A stretch of 64,000 nucleotides of DNA from Neoechinorhynchus agilis (GCA_051530055.1 CM121342.1:12291480-12355479), one strand, 5' to 3'. Counted from the first letter of the stretch, positions 36,470 to 49,774 are shown. The notes: generated by a model from the letters alone, not told the origin. Numbers and translations: made by a program.

Positions 36470-37300
36470 AATAAACACGTTTTATGGATTAAGAAAAACG
36501 ATCCATACGCTTGTCAGCATCTATCTTGCTGAAGTTGTCTGGATGTCGGATGTTGAGGCAGGGAGGTGGGATTTGTCTTTGGAGTTTTACAGGAGAATGA
36601 CAGATTAGGAGTCTTTCCTTGTTCTCCGGTTATTAAGGAAAGATTGGGCTTGAGGGAAGAAAGATTTTTGGTAGAGGGTGGTACGAGCGAGGGTTGGGAT
36701 GAAAAAGGTTGGGGTTCCGGGTGTTTACTAGGGACGAGTATTTAGAGATGAGGGAAGAAAATTGTTTAGGGGGTTGAAGAAGACGGAGGGCGTTTTTGGA
36801 GAAAATGGAGTGGAGGTGGGCGTTGAGGGGAGGGAGTGAAGTCCCGCATATTCTCGCTACTCTCTTGTGGAAGGTTTCGAGGGAATAGAGAGCATTGGCG
36901 GAAAGGGCGAGGAAAGTGGGGTAAGCGTATGTAAGGATAGGGAGGATGGCAGAGAGATAAAAGTGGGCAAGGTGTTTGGGGGAAACGCCGAGACGCCGGA
37001 GGAGTCTGAGGAGGTAAAGACGAGGGTTTGTTTTAGAGAGTGTAAATGAAATGTGGGCATTCCATTTAAGGTTTTCTTGTAAAATCAGGCCCAGTATTCG
37101 GAGAGAAGAGGAGCGTTGGATGGGGAGAGGGAGAGGCGCGGGGATAAGGTTGTGTTTGGAAATGTGGGGGACAAGCTCAAAAGATTTGGATAAATTTAGG
37201 GAGAGGTTTAGGGCGGAGAGCGAGGAAATGAGATGGTTAAGCTCGCCCATGGTAGTGGAGAGGGAGAGAGACGGAGATGCGATGGTAATGACTTTGACGT
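36470..37300 (-). mobile_element. L2-type RT C-terminal fragment
   Basis: RILGLILQENLKWNAHI...RLYLLRLLRRLG...FYLSAILPILTYA. The 3' end carries a TAAAACGTGTTTATT tail. Confidence 0.82.
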
Positions 37301-37329
37301 TTAAAATAACTACGACTAACATTTTGTCC

Positions 37330-38265
37330 GCATTCTTGAATCAACAAGTGAGTTCACCAAGGGACTGTTCTCTCCCCCATTCTTTTCAACACTTTCCTGA
37401 ACGATCTTATTCCATCCTCTTCTTATTCTAAATACTTCTTGTACGCTGATGATCTTACAATCATTACGCATACACCGGCTCCCCTCACTCTCAATTACTT
37501 CAAACGAGATTTCTTACGTTTAAGCATTTTGCAGCTCTAAATGTCTTACCCTTAACCAAGTGCTTCGAAATCGTCCCCTCAATCTCAAATAGAACTTCCA
37601 AACAGCAGATTCTTCCTTTTCCTATCAATCAGTTCTCCTCTGTTCGTATACTTGGTCTTCATTTTCAATAAAATTTAAAGTGGGACATGCGCACATCAAT
37701 CTTATTGAACAAAGGTCCCATTAAGCTCTATCTTCTTAAACGCATCCGTATCCTTGAGCACTCGTCATCCTTTAACGCTCACCTACGCATATCCAACCTT
37801 CTGCGATTTTTCTATTCAATTCTAAAAACTTAATACATTTCACAAGAGATGCGTTCTAATCTGCTTCTTCGAACTCCTGCTCTTAGAAAAACACCTCTAT
37901 CTAATGTTTCGAAAGCTCTCAAAGCGCCTTCGTTCCCTTCTACCTCAATTTCTACAACACATTTCTCCTTTTACTCGCACTTACACTCGCACAAATCTCT
38001 ACCTCCGCTCTTTCTTCCTCACTGCTCAATCCTCGAAATGCGAATTGATTCCGAAGAAAGAAAGTAAAACAACAACTACAATCTTGCCAACCAACATCAA
38101 ATAAATGAAAATCAACTAACGCAGCAAAAGGAATTCTACCGAAAGAACGAAACAACGTTCAAGATCTGTTTGGACATCAAAATTTAAATTATTATGAACC
38201 GGAGAAAATACCAAATCTCACAACCTTACAATTTAATAGGACCCAAAGATACGTGGTTCCTATGC
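37330..38265 (+). mobile_element. L2-type RT 3' fragment with 3' tail
   Basis: QGTVLSPILF...LYADDLTII. Homologous to 15150-15925, including the tail and stem-loop. Confidence 0.8.
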
Positions 38266-38299
38266 TTTGTTAAAAGCGGCATACAACAACATTTCTTTG

Positions 38300-38771
38300 A
38301 ACTTTACTCTCACTTGAGAGGTCGTTCTTTTCAGCATTGTCAGCTTTCGTCTTCGTTCTTCTCCTTTCCGAGCGTCTTGAGATCGCCGCTCGTACTGTGC
38401 TTCCACCTCTTCTTGTGCATCCCTCTTCTCCTTTTCCCCTCGAGCTCGATTCTCCATGCGCTCTTCACCCAGGCGTCTTCATCTACTTGCGTCATATGCA
38501 GGTGCCATCGCATCCGCCTCTTAGCGATTGCCTCCTCGATCGGCTCGACAGCAAACAGCTTTCGCACTTCATCATTGGGCACTCGATCCTTGCGTGCCAA
38601 TCCTGCGGACCATCTCAACATCCGCATTTCGTTGACGGCCAATCTTTGAACGTCTTCCTTCTTCGTAGCCCACGTCTCTGCTCCGTGGAGGATGGCGGGT
38701 CGCACTACTGCCTTGTACACCCGGCGTTTCAGCTTGTTCGGGAGACGCTTATCGCAAGAGATGCCTAACAC
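38300..38771 (-). mobile_element. RTE-clade LINE RT C-terminal fragment
   Basis: KLKRRVYKAVVRPAILHGAETW...EMRMLRW...RKDRVPND...RRMRWHLH...GKRRRG..KKRW. Confidence 0.85.
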
Positions 38772-38929
38772 CGAGTTAAAATTATGTTTTCTATTTTTAA
38801 AGCGAAAACTCTAATAGCAACAAAATAACGTAAAAATCCGCAATGAAGAAAGTTGTTGTCTTAGCTAGGCAGCGAGCAAGTACCCGTCAATGGTTGCAAA
38901 AAATCAGTTTAAGACTAACCCCTGGTAGC

Positions 38930-39180
38930 GAGAATTCATAATTTCAGGTTCTAGTGACCTGGTGAACCGAATTCGATTGGCGGCAGTCTCTACAAGAGAA
39001 TCGGGTGCTCGGCTCAACGCTATCCCAATCGCTTCTGTGGGTACCCGTCTCTTCGATGAAACAGTAAGAATTGCAGTGTCCCCGAGACTTGGGGTATCGA
39101 TTTGCACATCCCATCGCTGCCGCTGCGGAGCGACCGTGGAACAATCGAGACGCCATTGTCTCGTCTGTCGACAACTGCCA
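38930..39180 (+). mobile_element. CRE fragment (post-RT region); near-copy at 47230-47345
   Basis: RIRLAAVSTRESGARLNAIPIASVGTRLFDETVRIAV...CTSHRCRCG. Confidence 0.82.
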
Positions 39181-39478
39181 AAACAAAACTAATTCTCAGT
39201 TGTTAGTTAATAGCAATCTTCGTAGTTATTTGAGCGAGTTGCCATCTAAAAAAGAAGGTATCTTCAAAACCCATCGAAGAATTCGGTATCCGAACCCCGA
39301 AAGCAAAGTCTACTTAAAGATCGCAAGTCAAACGTGCTGCTGGAACTTCACGCTTCACCTCACTATACCGGAAATAATTTCTTAAGAATTTAAGATGTTT
39401 TAGTTTCTATTAAGCGACGAGAAATGTTATAATAAAAGTGTTAATATCTATCCCGTTCTCGAAAAATATACACAAATC

Positions 39479-39787
39479 ACACTTTCGGTGAGAATAATCC
39501 CGGTCATTACATATTTTATTTATTCGAAATATCTGGCGAGGTATCATCGCCTCTTCAGTCATCTAAAAATAGGTTTTCTATATTACGATTTTTGCTCGAG
39601 TGCGCGGGATCGCCAAACCCGACGGATAATTGGTCCCTGAACTTCGGGTTTGGCGATCCCGCGCACTCGAGCAAAAATCGTAATATGGATAACATATTTA
39701 TAGATGACTGAAGATGCGAGGATACCTCGCGAAATATTTCGAATAAATAAAATATGTAATGACCGGGATTATTCTCACCGAAAGTGT
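39479..39787. repeat. Fold-back palindrome, ~144-bp arms with 21-nt spacer (39623-39643)
   Basis: 39479-39622 is the reverse complement of 39644-39787 with scattered mismatches. Confidence 0.95.
39695..39749 (+). ncRNA. Minimal type-I hammerhead ribozyme motif (PLE-type)
   Basis: UGA-CUGAAGA-U-GCGAGG-AUA-CCUCGC-GAA-AUAU-U-UCG. Stem II is 6 bp. Stem I is short, extended by UAUUUAU/AUAAAUA across an internal loop. The mirror copy in the left arm has lost GAAA. Confidence 0.65.
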
Positions 39788-39897
39788 AATTTTATTATCC
39801 CGAAGGACTTTCTATCGACGGATACACAAATCATTCAAGAGCATTTAATTATGGTTACGCCTTCGAGTATTAACCATTGCAAAGACACTAAATTTGT

Positions 39898-42800
39898 TTA
39901 GTAGTCGACATGGTCCATCCTTGTAGCCTCAGCATATTTGCCACCAGTGCTCGCCATCCGACAGAAGATGGAGTTTTCGTTCGCCAACAACTCTGATGGC
40001 GTTCCACTTTCGACCAAATCTCCGTCTTTCACAAGCATAACTACATTGCTATTGATTGCATCTTCGAGTTTGTGCATTATACTGATAACCGTACTTTCCT
40101 TTAGCTCGGTATTTATAATCTCTTGAATCTGAATCTGTGTTTCCTGGTCGACTTTGGAACTGGACTCGTCAATCAGAACAATTGATTTCTTTTCTAGAAG
40201 TATCTTCGCCAACCACAATAACTGCCTCTCACTTATTCCGAATTCCGATTCGCTTTCGCATACGTAATCGAGTTGGTTAGTTGAATCGCTAAATCTCAAT
40301 TGCCGAATTCGATTATCCAGTCCAACCTATAAGTTTATACTTTGATTTAAACTAACAAGGAATCGCAAGTACTTTCTGAAGGACATCCCAAATCTCAGTG
40401 TCCGACTTTTCTTGAAAGGGGTCCAAGTTAAGCCGAATACTAGTCTTCATCAATACCGCTTCCTAAAAATAGCTCAGTGGTTTTGTATTGTGAAAAATCA
40501 GTCATACCTGTGGAAGTAGTGAAATGCTGCGTCTTAGTTGATGGAGATTCATTGATTCAGTGTCAATACCGCCAACAATAATCTTTCCTTCCACAATCCC
40601 CAATCTAAGTATGGCACCGAATATTGTGCTCTTTCCTGCTCCAGTTGGTCCAACAATAGCAACCTATTTGTTTGCAGTGTTGAAAATCTATAAAGTACTT
40701 AAGCGCATAATAACCTTAGATCTGGGCTCAATCCGTAGATCTAGGCCATTCAGAACCATGGGAAGATCTGTAAAATACTTGAAACGGACGTTGATTAATT
40801 CGATTGAGTTATCAACATAGGGAGGTATTTCGCTTTCATCCTCTGATCCGGTGTTCGGTTCTTGTACAGCATCATAAAGATCGAAAACTCTAGCGGCTGA
40901 CAGCAACTATCAATAATATGGGTTATTATTTCTTCGAAAAGCGATGCTTTTACGAACGTGATTAATACTAAGCTGAGCCTTTTGAATAAAAGAACGAGCG
41001 ATTTCAGCTACCACTATTGTATATGTCACTGCCAGCTGTCCGACCTCGGTTTTTCCTTTTACGATTTCTCATTACTTGATTTTTTAATTAATTGAAATTA
41101 GCTGACCGTTATAGAAAAACAAGAAAACACTTGTAGTCACCAGCATGACTAAGAGAACAACCAAATCAACAGCAATTTGAGCTATTCGATCAAGCAAAAT
41201 TAGCGTGTACCGCAGCTGATTGTTGGTATCTAAAGCGATTGTATCGAAAAATATTCTCATGCATCGAATAACGCTTATACCAATTGTATACTCGAACTCC
41301 GATATCATTTCATCTTCAGCTTTGGATGCTCGAACGGATACGAGACCCTGGTGAGTTGCCACCAAATGGGTTAGTATGTTTGTTCGAGCTACAACATGAA
41401 TGTACCGAGAATGAGCTTTCTATTTCTAGCATGAGTCTTACTGTCCGATTCCATTTGATATCCTGCGGCCGTTAGATTTATTTGGTGATATACCAAGAAA
41501 GCCATAGATAAAATCGCCGGCACTGCGAACGCGATCGCTACCGGACAGATGCAGCAAATGTATAACATGAGTGAAAAGATTAGTGAACCTTCCTAAAAAG
41601 AAACGTCGTTTTTTTAGCAAATTTCGAAGACAGTTTGAAATTAAAGGCAGGAAAAGGCAAAAGGAGTTCAGTATGGTTGGTTATCGCTATTATCCTGATA
41701 AAGGAATAATAAAATAACCTTCTTTATGCCTGACAATTACTGTGCCTACAGAAAATATTTGTAGAACAAATAATGATTTGTCGCTTGCCTCCGTAATTTT
41801 AAGAAACATGATACCGCCATTTCGTTTACTTAAATTTGTATTATACCTGTACAATCCCATAACTTGAAATGGGTACGAAATTCTGCATAACTCCGATATC
41901 GAACGACAATCGGTTGAACGTAACACCTTTTTAAAGCAAATAATCTCATCTCTCAGAATACTTCAAAGCAAACCTCGCAGTACTTTCTCGAATATAAACG
42001 AGTACGATCCCATCACTTTTGCTAAGCTTTTTGAATGAGCATGGAATGTATCGTAGCCAATCAGGCTAGTGATGATAAGTAGAACCGAACCAGCACAGAT
42101 GACAAATCCTAAGAGGTAACCTATAAATACCAGTAAAGACCAAATCAATTCATAATTAGTAAACCTAGGTAGAAAGTCTTATACGTGTTGTCACTAAACT
42201 GCTTTGTGCTATTTCCGTTTTCAGCTGAGAGCCAGCGAGAAAGCCAGTATTCCGACAGTATGCGAAAAGTATGTGATCCGCACCAAAATAGAATCAAAAA
42301 GGGAACAATTGCGGTTCCAATTTTGTTCGGTGTAAATAATTTTCGCAGAAGTTTAAGCCAGCCCAGAGTGTCCATTGTTTTTGGCTTGAAGGCAAATCCG
42401 TTTGTTTCGAATTTGTCATGCTGTGAACACATCGAGTATCGCCGAGCCACTTTGTCCAGAGTGATTAATTCGAAATCGTAATCTTGCTGAGTGCGCGGTG
42501 AATCAGAATCCTCATCGGAGTTTGAAGCAGCTTGTTCGTAAATACAGTCGATTAAACCCTAAGATATCGATTTGGCTGCTCTAAAGAAATCATAGGCTCA
42601 CTAACGTCCTTCAGAGTTACGACCGTAGCGGCACGACCGGCGTCCAGAACCCTGGAGGCACAGTATAGAACGGTTTTGTTTTTTAGGAATATTCGAATGC
42701 AACTACATTAAGTTCGATTGAACTCTTTTTGAAATTATTAAAAGCAAATACTGACTGCTTTAAAATATGTGCCCGCGTTTTATAATCGACTGCAGTCAAA

Positions 42801-45097
42801 GAATCATCAAGAAGATACACGTCTGCGTCTTGGTAAATCGCTCTGGCCAATGAAATTCTTGCTTTTTGTCCACCGCTTAAACCGCTTCCTCCATCACCGA
42901 TCATAGTGAGATCTTTTTCGGGTAGAGCATTTAAATCCTGAACAGGAAGGCGATTCGTTATAGTGTTTGTAATAAAATAATAAACCTCAATTAAGCAACA
43001 GGCATAGATAACCGCCTTGTACCGCTCAACATTCGGTCTCGCGGTGAAAATTATATTCTGTCGAATTGTGCCGGGAAACAGCCATGGAGTTTGGGTGCTA
43101 ATTGATACGCTTCCGCGGATGTTTACAATACCGCTTACAATTCGACATTCGTTCAGTATTGAGCAGAGCAGTGATGTTTTCCCTGATTTGGACGGACCGA
43201 CAATGTAAGTCAAAGTTCCTTTTTCAATGGTTAAAGAAATATTTCTTAGATTGATGAAAGAAGCCTACATAGAATAAATTGAATGTTTAAAGGAATAAAG
43301 AATGCAAAGCTAAATACCTCATTGTCCCACGATGAAGTTAAAGACGATAATTCTATGGCATAGTGAGAATCATTATTAACGCTTTCCGGTTGACGAATTA
43401 TATGATTGCAATTAAGATCAACATCTTCGGCCAGTTTCTGAATAAAAATGTAAATCTTTTTTGATATGAATAAACAAACCGTACCTGCAATCTCTCAATG
43501 GCGAGTTTCACTTCGGAGAAACGAGTAAAGAATCGAATTGCATCGCTCCCAAAATTAAGTCGCAAAACGGGAGATACAGCCATCAATTGAAACACATTTA
43601 CTCCGCTTGGAAGCTTGCCGTGAGCTTTAAAACTTGTAACAATATACGTCAGTGTGATAAATGAGTGAAATAACGCTGGCAGCGTACAAGAGTTCGCTTC
43701 CACGAGATTTTTCAACGCACATAAGAACGTCTCCTTTTTATGTAATCGGCGCATCACTTTATAGATAACTGTATCTAAACAACACATTTTGAAGGTTTGA
43801 GCGAATCGGCAATATATCGCGAGATTGCGAAGTCTCTCATCTACTTTCCGGTTTATGTGTTTCCTGCAAAGAATTTAAACCCGGTTCAAAACGTTCATTC
43901 GCTAACCTAATTAGTCGTAAGCAAATCAGATAGATAGGTATAAGTGCATAGGCAATGAAATATACGCATATTGCGATCGCAGCAAACGTGTCAATGTAAA
44001 CGTAGCAAAATGTAAATACCACAATAAATCTCACGATGCCTCCAAGAACTCGAACACCGAATTGTGCGAACGTATCAAACGAGTAGCTATCGGTGCTTAT
44101 GAGACTGCTAAGATATCCCGATTCGATTCGATTGCATTGATGAAGAGAAAGCCTTAAGCACTAGAATGTGAAGAAAAGGAATTGCGCAATTTTATCATTT
44201 TCAAAATTACTGACCTTTGCATAGACCAATCTCATAAAAGCCGCTCTTGCTTCGAAGCCAAGACATAGTGATTCGTGCAGCGACCAGCAACTCGTGAGTG
44301 AACTTGCGTGATATAATGAAATGTGAGATACCAAGAAGACGGCTGCACGATTGTCTGTGAGTTCTCCCTTTATATATTGCAATATTCGACCGAATAATGG
44401 GATCATTGCGAGAAGAAATATGGCCTATTTGAGGAGACAAAACAAATAAATCGTTAGAACAAATTTCCCAATTTAGAAGAACTGGTACATCCATACTGGA
44501 CCTTTCAATATATAAGTTAATTCTAATTTTGATAACGATAAAAGGCGTGGGACTGAAGTTCTAAAAGAAATCGATTTTCTTGACTCAAGCATAGTGGCCA
44601 TCTGTGATTCGGTACTACCCGTGCAACGGCTTATAAAAAACGTTGAAATGCGCCAACAGCATGTAATCAGAAATTATGAATTTATGAGTGATACAGTTTG
44701 AAACGCGGTAGGATATGCGTACCTCTAATACGCTGAGGAATGTCGCAAGTATGATTTGTTTGAGAAATACGTATATAAATATTCGTGTAAGACTGCGCCT
44801 TTTTGAAGATAATTGATTTTTCCATCTCCTGTGTAAAAAAATTATTTACGTATAAATTTTTTCAATACCTTTCAATTTCTCTGCCAGTTTTAGATACTTT
44901 TCTTTTCTCAGGTAATCCAGAAATGTCCGTTTCATGAAGAGGTCTATGTATGCGAAAAAATATTGGTGCGATATACCTAAGAAACGTTTCAAATTAAACT
45001 CTATTTATGGAATAGTAACAAACGCAAAATAAAGTTTGGCAAGAACATTGGTTCCAGTTGCAATATTTGGTATATCCCGAACTTTGAAGCTGATCAT
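39898..45097 (-). CDS. ABCC/MRP-family ABC transporter (short, MRP4-like, no TMD0), multi-exon
   Basis: NBD1: GPSKSGKT, QTPWLFPGTIRQNI, LSGGQKARISLARAIY, VYLLDD. NBD2: GPTGAGKS, LIDESSSKVD. TM exons lie between them. The start at 45097 (MISFKVRD...NVLAKLYF) is inferred. Confidence 0.9.
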
Positions 45098-45883
45098 TGA
45101 GTTGGAGTTTTAGCGCCGAGATCTTTATGAGGCTTGTCGAAAAATTAGTGTCGCATAAAAATATATCAACGCTGAACTCAACTTTGTTTATCGACACGTT
45201 TAAACAAAAGCAAAATTGTTTTGTTAAAAACTTCTAACAAGTTGTTGATGTTACATGTTGTAGATTCCGACTTGTGATGCCGTCAATGTGAAAGATCAAT
45301 GAATATTTGAATCAAGAAAATAGCGATTATAATATAAAGGTTCTCATTAAGTTTATATGTGCAATACAATCATTCATAATCACGTCACTTTTAGCGATTC
45401 CCTGCAACTTAAGCCGCATTCACGATCTTCACGCATTAATATTTGATTCGTATACATTTCTTGGAATTGAGTTGATCTGCTGTTTTGCTGAGAGAATTTA
45501 GAATTCTGCTTTTGAACATAAAAATCCGCAACAAGAAACCTTAAGCGTCCGTTGATGTTAAACTCCAATCGCCTTATGGTCGCTATTTCACCTTTTAAAA
45601 CAACAGACAGCAATCCGCTCAACATTGTCGATTTATAAGATGGCATATATTAATATATAGGGTTTGTCTACTTGATCAAAATGAAACAAAATCGCGGGTT
45701 TCTGTAATCAAAGTCTAGGTCTCAGATTCCTCGGTTTATCAACTTTTTATTAAAATTTACAAGTTTTGGAAGATAATGTTCTGTTTAACCGCGGTTTTCC
45801 TCACGCTGGCAGCATTCCCTCGTTAGACAGCGAGGGATATGTTTTGTTTAAGGAATGCTATCGCACCAGGGTCCCTTTTCATC

Positions 45884-46164
45884 GCAAAAATTCTCTGCGA
45901 TATTCGAATTGCGAAAATTCCGAAAGGAGATCTCATTTCTTCGCTACTGATTAGCTGATTGAGCACACCGTTTAACCATACCTTAAAAGATGGACGAAAT
46001 CTATTGTCCTACCAAGGATTATTGACTGATTCGTAAATAGAATATCACATACCGCAAGAAGCAACGTTATTTTTTTAATTTGCTAGTTGCAAAAATTCTC
46101 TGCGATATTCGAATTGCGAAAATTCTCAAAGGAGATCTCAGTTCTTCGCTACTGATTAGCTGAT
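45884..46164 (+). repeat. 76-bp direct repeat pair (45884-45959, 46089-46164)
   Basis: GCAAAAATTCTCTGCGATATTCGAATTGCG...CTGATTAGCTGAT occurs twice with about 3 differences. Confidence 0.9.
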
Positions 46165-46244
46165 ACTTTTTTGGCGAATTTGGTTACACTTCGTTGTTGC
46201 GCATGAAGCACCTTTTGACCGAATTCAACATATGAAATTGCAAC

Positions 46245-47090
46245 CTAGAACGTTAGAAAGCATTGCTTCCGACACCTGACATTTCTATTTGTATCTGCTA
46301 ATTTCACTTTAGCTCGGCATGGTTTGGTTTTGATTTTTGCTGCTTTCACTAGGGATGCAGACACGAAATTAGAAGAGCTGCTGCTGTCCATAAGTCCTCT
46401 GATCTCGTGTCCGCCTACGCTCACTTCCGCAACAGACTCCCGGAGCGTCGTTGAAGTCTCCGCTGTGCATAAAGTCGTGTTCATCATTAGAGCGACAGTA
46501 GATGGACGAGGCGTGTTCATCCTTTTACCATTCTCTTGCTTTCGCCTCACATACGGTTTGGAAATGTCCGTTTTTAGAGCAGTAATGACAGGTGCTATCC
46601 TTAGTTGGACAGTACTGTCGTGAATGAGACCCCCTACAACAATATCGACATTTTCTCTTGAACCTCCTTTGGGTGGCCATAAGCGTTTCTCCAACGTTTC
46701 GAATATCCAGCTCTTCATCGCTCATCGTAACTGACGATTTCATGTCCGCAGCATTTAGGTTGCATTCGTCTTCATTTTTCGTATTCTCACCAGCTTGGAT
46801 ATACGCGGCCTCTAAGTTAAGCGCGATCTTCAGGACTGCTTTTATCGGTTTCGGCGCTCTCTAATATCCAGCAACGAATTTCCGTTGAACGTATTCCCGA
46901 AATGAAGGCATCGCAGATCATAGAGTTTTTGCTCTCATCGGCAGTCATTTGTTTAAAAACGCACTACCTTGCCAATGCTTCTAAGATCTCCATATACTGT
47001 GAAATTGATTGATTAGCATTTTGGCGAAGCGAGCAGACTCTGTAACGCCGATAAATATTGTTGACCGGTTTCACAAGTAATATTGACAAT
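46245..47090 (-). mobile_element. Ty3/Gypsy gag-protease remnant
   Basis: CRYCCRGSH...CHYCSKNGHFQTVC knuckles and an aspartic-protease-like GLMDSSSSSNFVS motif. Confidence 0.75.
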
Positions 47091-47877
47091 GTTTCTATGC
47101 ACTGTCGTAGGTTTTCACCTCGTGGATGTGTTTGAATAGAGATGTCGAAACGTTGATTAGAAGGAGATCCAGTTTGTCATGTTCGCTAATCGGGCCACAC
47201 CGCTTTAGAAACAATTTGAAACTAAATAGCAGAATTCATAATTCTTTAATTTCAGGTTCTTGTGACCTGGTGAACCGAACTCGATTGGCGGCAGTCTCTA
47301 CAAGAGAATCGGGTGCTCTGCTCAACGCTATCCCAATGGCTATCGAAGAATCGATGTTTCGCATGGTATAGTTCCATGGATCTCCTCTCAACCACGAGAA
47401 TATAAGATCTCCAGGGTGATATCATTGGTACAACGAGCTTTTGCTTATTGCAGCTCTAGTACTGGCCTCGGACATGAATTGGATTTTATCCGGACAGAAG
47501 GGTTATCAGTTGAATCTGGTTAGAAAGTGTAACATACGTCACGACGCCCACCTTCACTCCATTTTCTCCAAAAACGCCCTCCGTCTTCTTCAATCCCCTC
47601 CACAATTTTCTCACAACTGTTACAAGGTTGTGTGTGCTAGATATAAAAAATTATTCGGCAAAGGCAAACCATGGATCGAACGCAGTCGCTGAATAACTGA
47701 AGCAACATTCTATACTAATAATATCCGTTTTTGAAAGTCACAATCCGATCCACTGCATGGATTTGTTGGCCCTGTCTGCTGAGGAAATCCACTCAAAGGG
47801 TAGTCTCGACAGGATTTTCTAGAATACACAGCGGAATTTTAGGCGTTGTTCTGGAGGCCTTCCTCTGGAATAAAAAA

Positions 47878-49500
47878 CTAGGCCTGAAATAGCCCAAGAG
47901 CACCATAACATATCTTGGCGCTAAGCCCAATACGAGCGGCACGTCTCGCCTTAACTCTGGCTGTCTCTAAAAGTTTTCCCATCTTATGTATATCGGAGGC
48001 GGGCGAAAGGTTATTAGTGAAAGCATAACCTAAAATATCAAGTTTCTTATAAGCAGGGTCGAAATCTAAGCCAAAAAAATCCTTGATATAATCCCGGATG
48101 TTCTTCTTACCCATTCGAGATTTAGATTTGATTAAAAATTTCGTCTTCTTTTGATTCAAAGAGAGACCCATATGAGGTAGGTGAGATTTTAAAAAGTTCA
48201 GCACGGCAACCAGTTTCGCACGTGCTCTCAAATAATTTAACTCTTTGATAACTACAGTAAGGTCATCGGCGTACATAGTGACGCTACGACAAATCGTGCA
48301 ATTTTTAATCAAAAATTGAGTTGCCAAGCAAAAAAGTATGGGCGATAAAGGTGAGCCTTGAGGGACCCCTTTGGATTGATAGAATATAGACCTTGATGGG
48401 TCATCTGCAAAGAAAAATCGTTTACATTTCAGGATGTTGTTCACCCTAGCAATTATATTAAAAGGAAAACAAAAAATCTTAAAATATTCACCATAAAAGC
48501 AATGTCAATATTATCAAAAGCTTTAGAAATATCGAAAGAGATAAGAATGTTTGTTGACTTGGGGTGACTAAAAATGTTATCTATTATTTGAGCAATTTCA
48601 GTATGAACAGATTTCCCTGGGAGGAAACCATGACAGCGCACATCAATAAGGTGATGTTTAAAAGAAAAATCCATTATAATTTTGGCCAAAACTCACTCAT
48701 ATATGGAAACAAACGAATTCTGAATGGAGATAGGTCTCACATCACTAGGTGAAGAAACAACCCTACCTTTTTTTACAGAGAAATATTCTTTTCGCTATGT
48801 TTATCTGAGACCATTTATCAGAAGACGCTGCCAACATGTGCTCAGCTAAGGAAGTTATATTTGCTTGATTGAGAACGTTGGTGGCTTTGAAACAGGGGAA
48901 GAACCATTGTTCGATGTAAGATTTCTTGAACCCCACCAAATGATAAAATCATTCCGGCGTAAATCAAAACGACGAGGCTTAATTTGATTAAAATTATTGA
49001 AGACCGGGACATTACTTGCTCCATTGCAATGTTCAATGCAAAGAGCGCTAATAACATTGTCCCACCCCGAGGTTTTAATCCAACTCGCTGCGGCCCTTTT
49101 CCACGGACAAAATCTTTTTGGTGCAACGACATGCAACCAAGGAGAGGAATAAGGCATAAAATGGCTAATTCGCTTACTGTCGCAAGCTATTTGAAATCGA
49201 GTTCTACAGAGCCAGTATAAAGAGGACCAAAACTTAATCGACTCCCGATCATCGATTGCCTTCGCCATAAAAAGTTGTCTGCCAGACAGAGAGAGTACTT
49301 TTGGTTTCTGCATTTTCGAAGCCGTTCAAAAGCGCCAAAAGTGAAAGCAAAATTTATGGCAGCGTTAAAGATGTTGATGTTAAGTGTACTAAATTTAAAT
49401 TTACGGCACAAAGGAGTATTCCGTCCCAATTCCCACACTAAGATATCGTATCCAGCAATACGGAAAATTGATGATTGAGAAACCAGTTTGGGTTTATCGA
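47878..49500 (-). mobile_element. Degenerate L1/Tx1-like non-LTR RT
   Basis: HGFLPGKS...SFDISKAFDNIDIAFMVNILRFF...KGVPQGSPLSPILF...YADDLTV...GLSLNQKKTK. Confidence 0.75.
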
Positions 49501-49774
49501 ATGAGTTACTTCGAGCAAGACACAAATCTAGAAAAGAATGAGACCTGCCTGTGCGCGTTCATAATGCGCTTGATATGTTGCTGGTTCAACACCACCGGTC
49601 GCTGGGTTCCACGGTTGTGCGAGGCTGCTGGAAGGGGTGGGGTCAGGTTTTGAGATCGCCCATCAGCCCCAAAGGGGGTTGGCCCTGTTCCTTCGAGTGC
49701 GGCTAAGCGCTTCCGTTGTGTGCAAGTTAGCCGATAGGCTCAAAAAGGAATATAGCCGAAGCTATCAAAGAAGA

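Noticed and set aside
39250-39420. Possible GIY-YIG remnant upstream of the second palindrome (KDRKSNVLLEL...YTG)
   Set aside because: Too degenerate to support as a feature without an HMM search.
40150-40260. Degenerate ABC signature in NBD2 (FGISERQ) as a sign of a dead transporter
   Set aside because: ABCC proteins normally have a degenerate site formed by the NBD2 signature and the NBD1 Walker B Asp. The consensus-site motifs (LSGGQ, GPTGAGKS, IDE) are intact.
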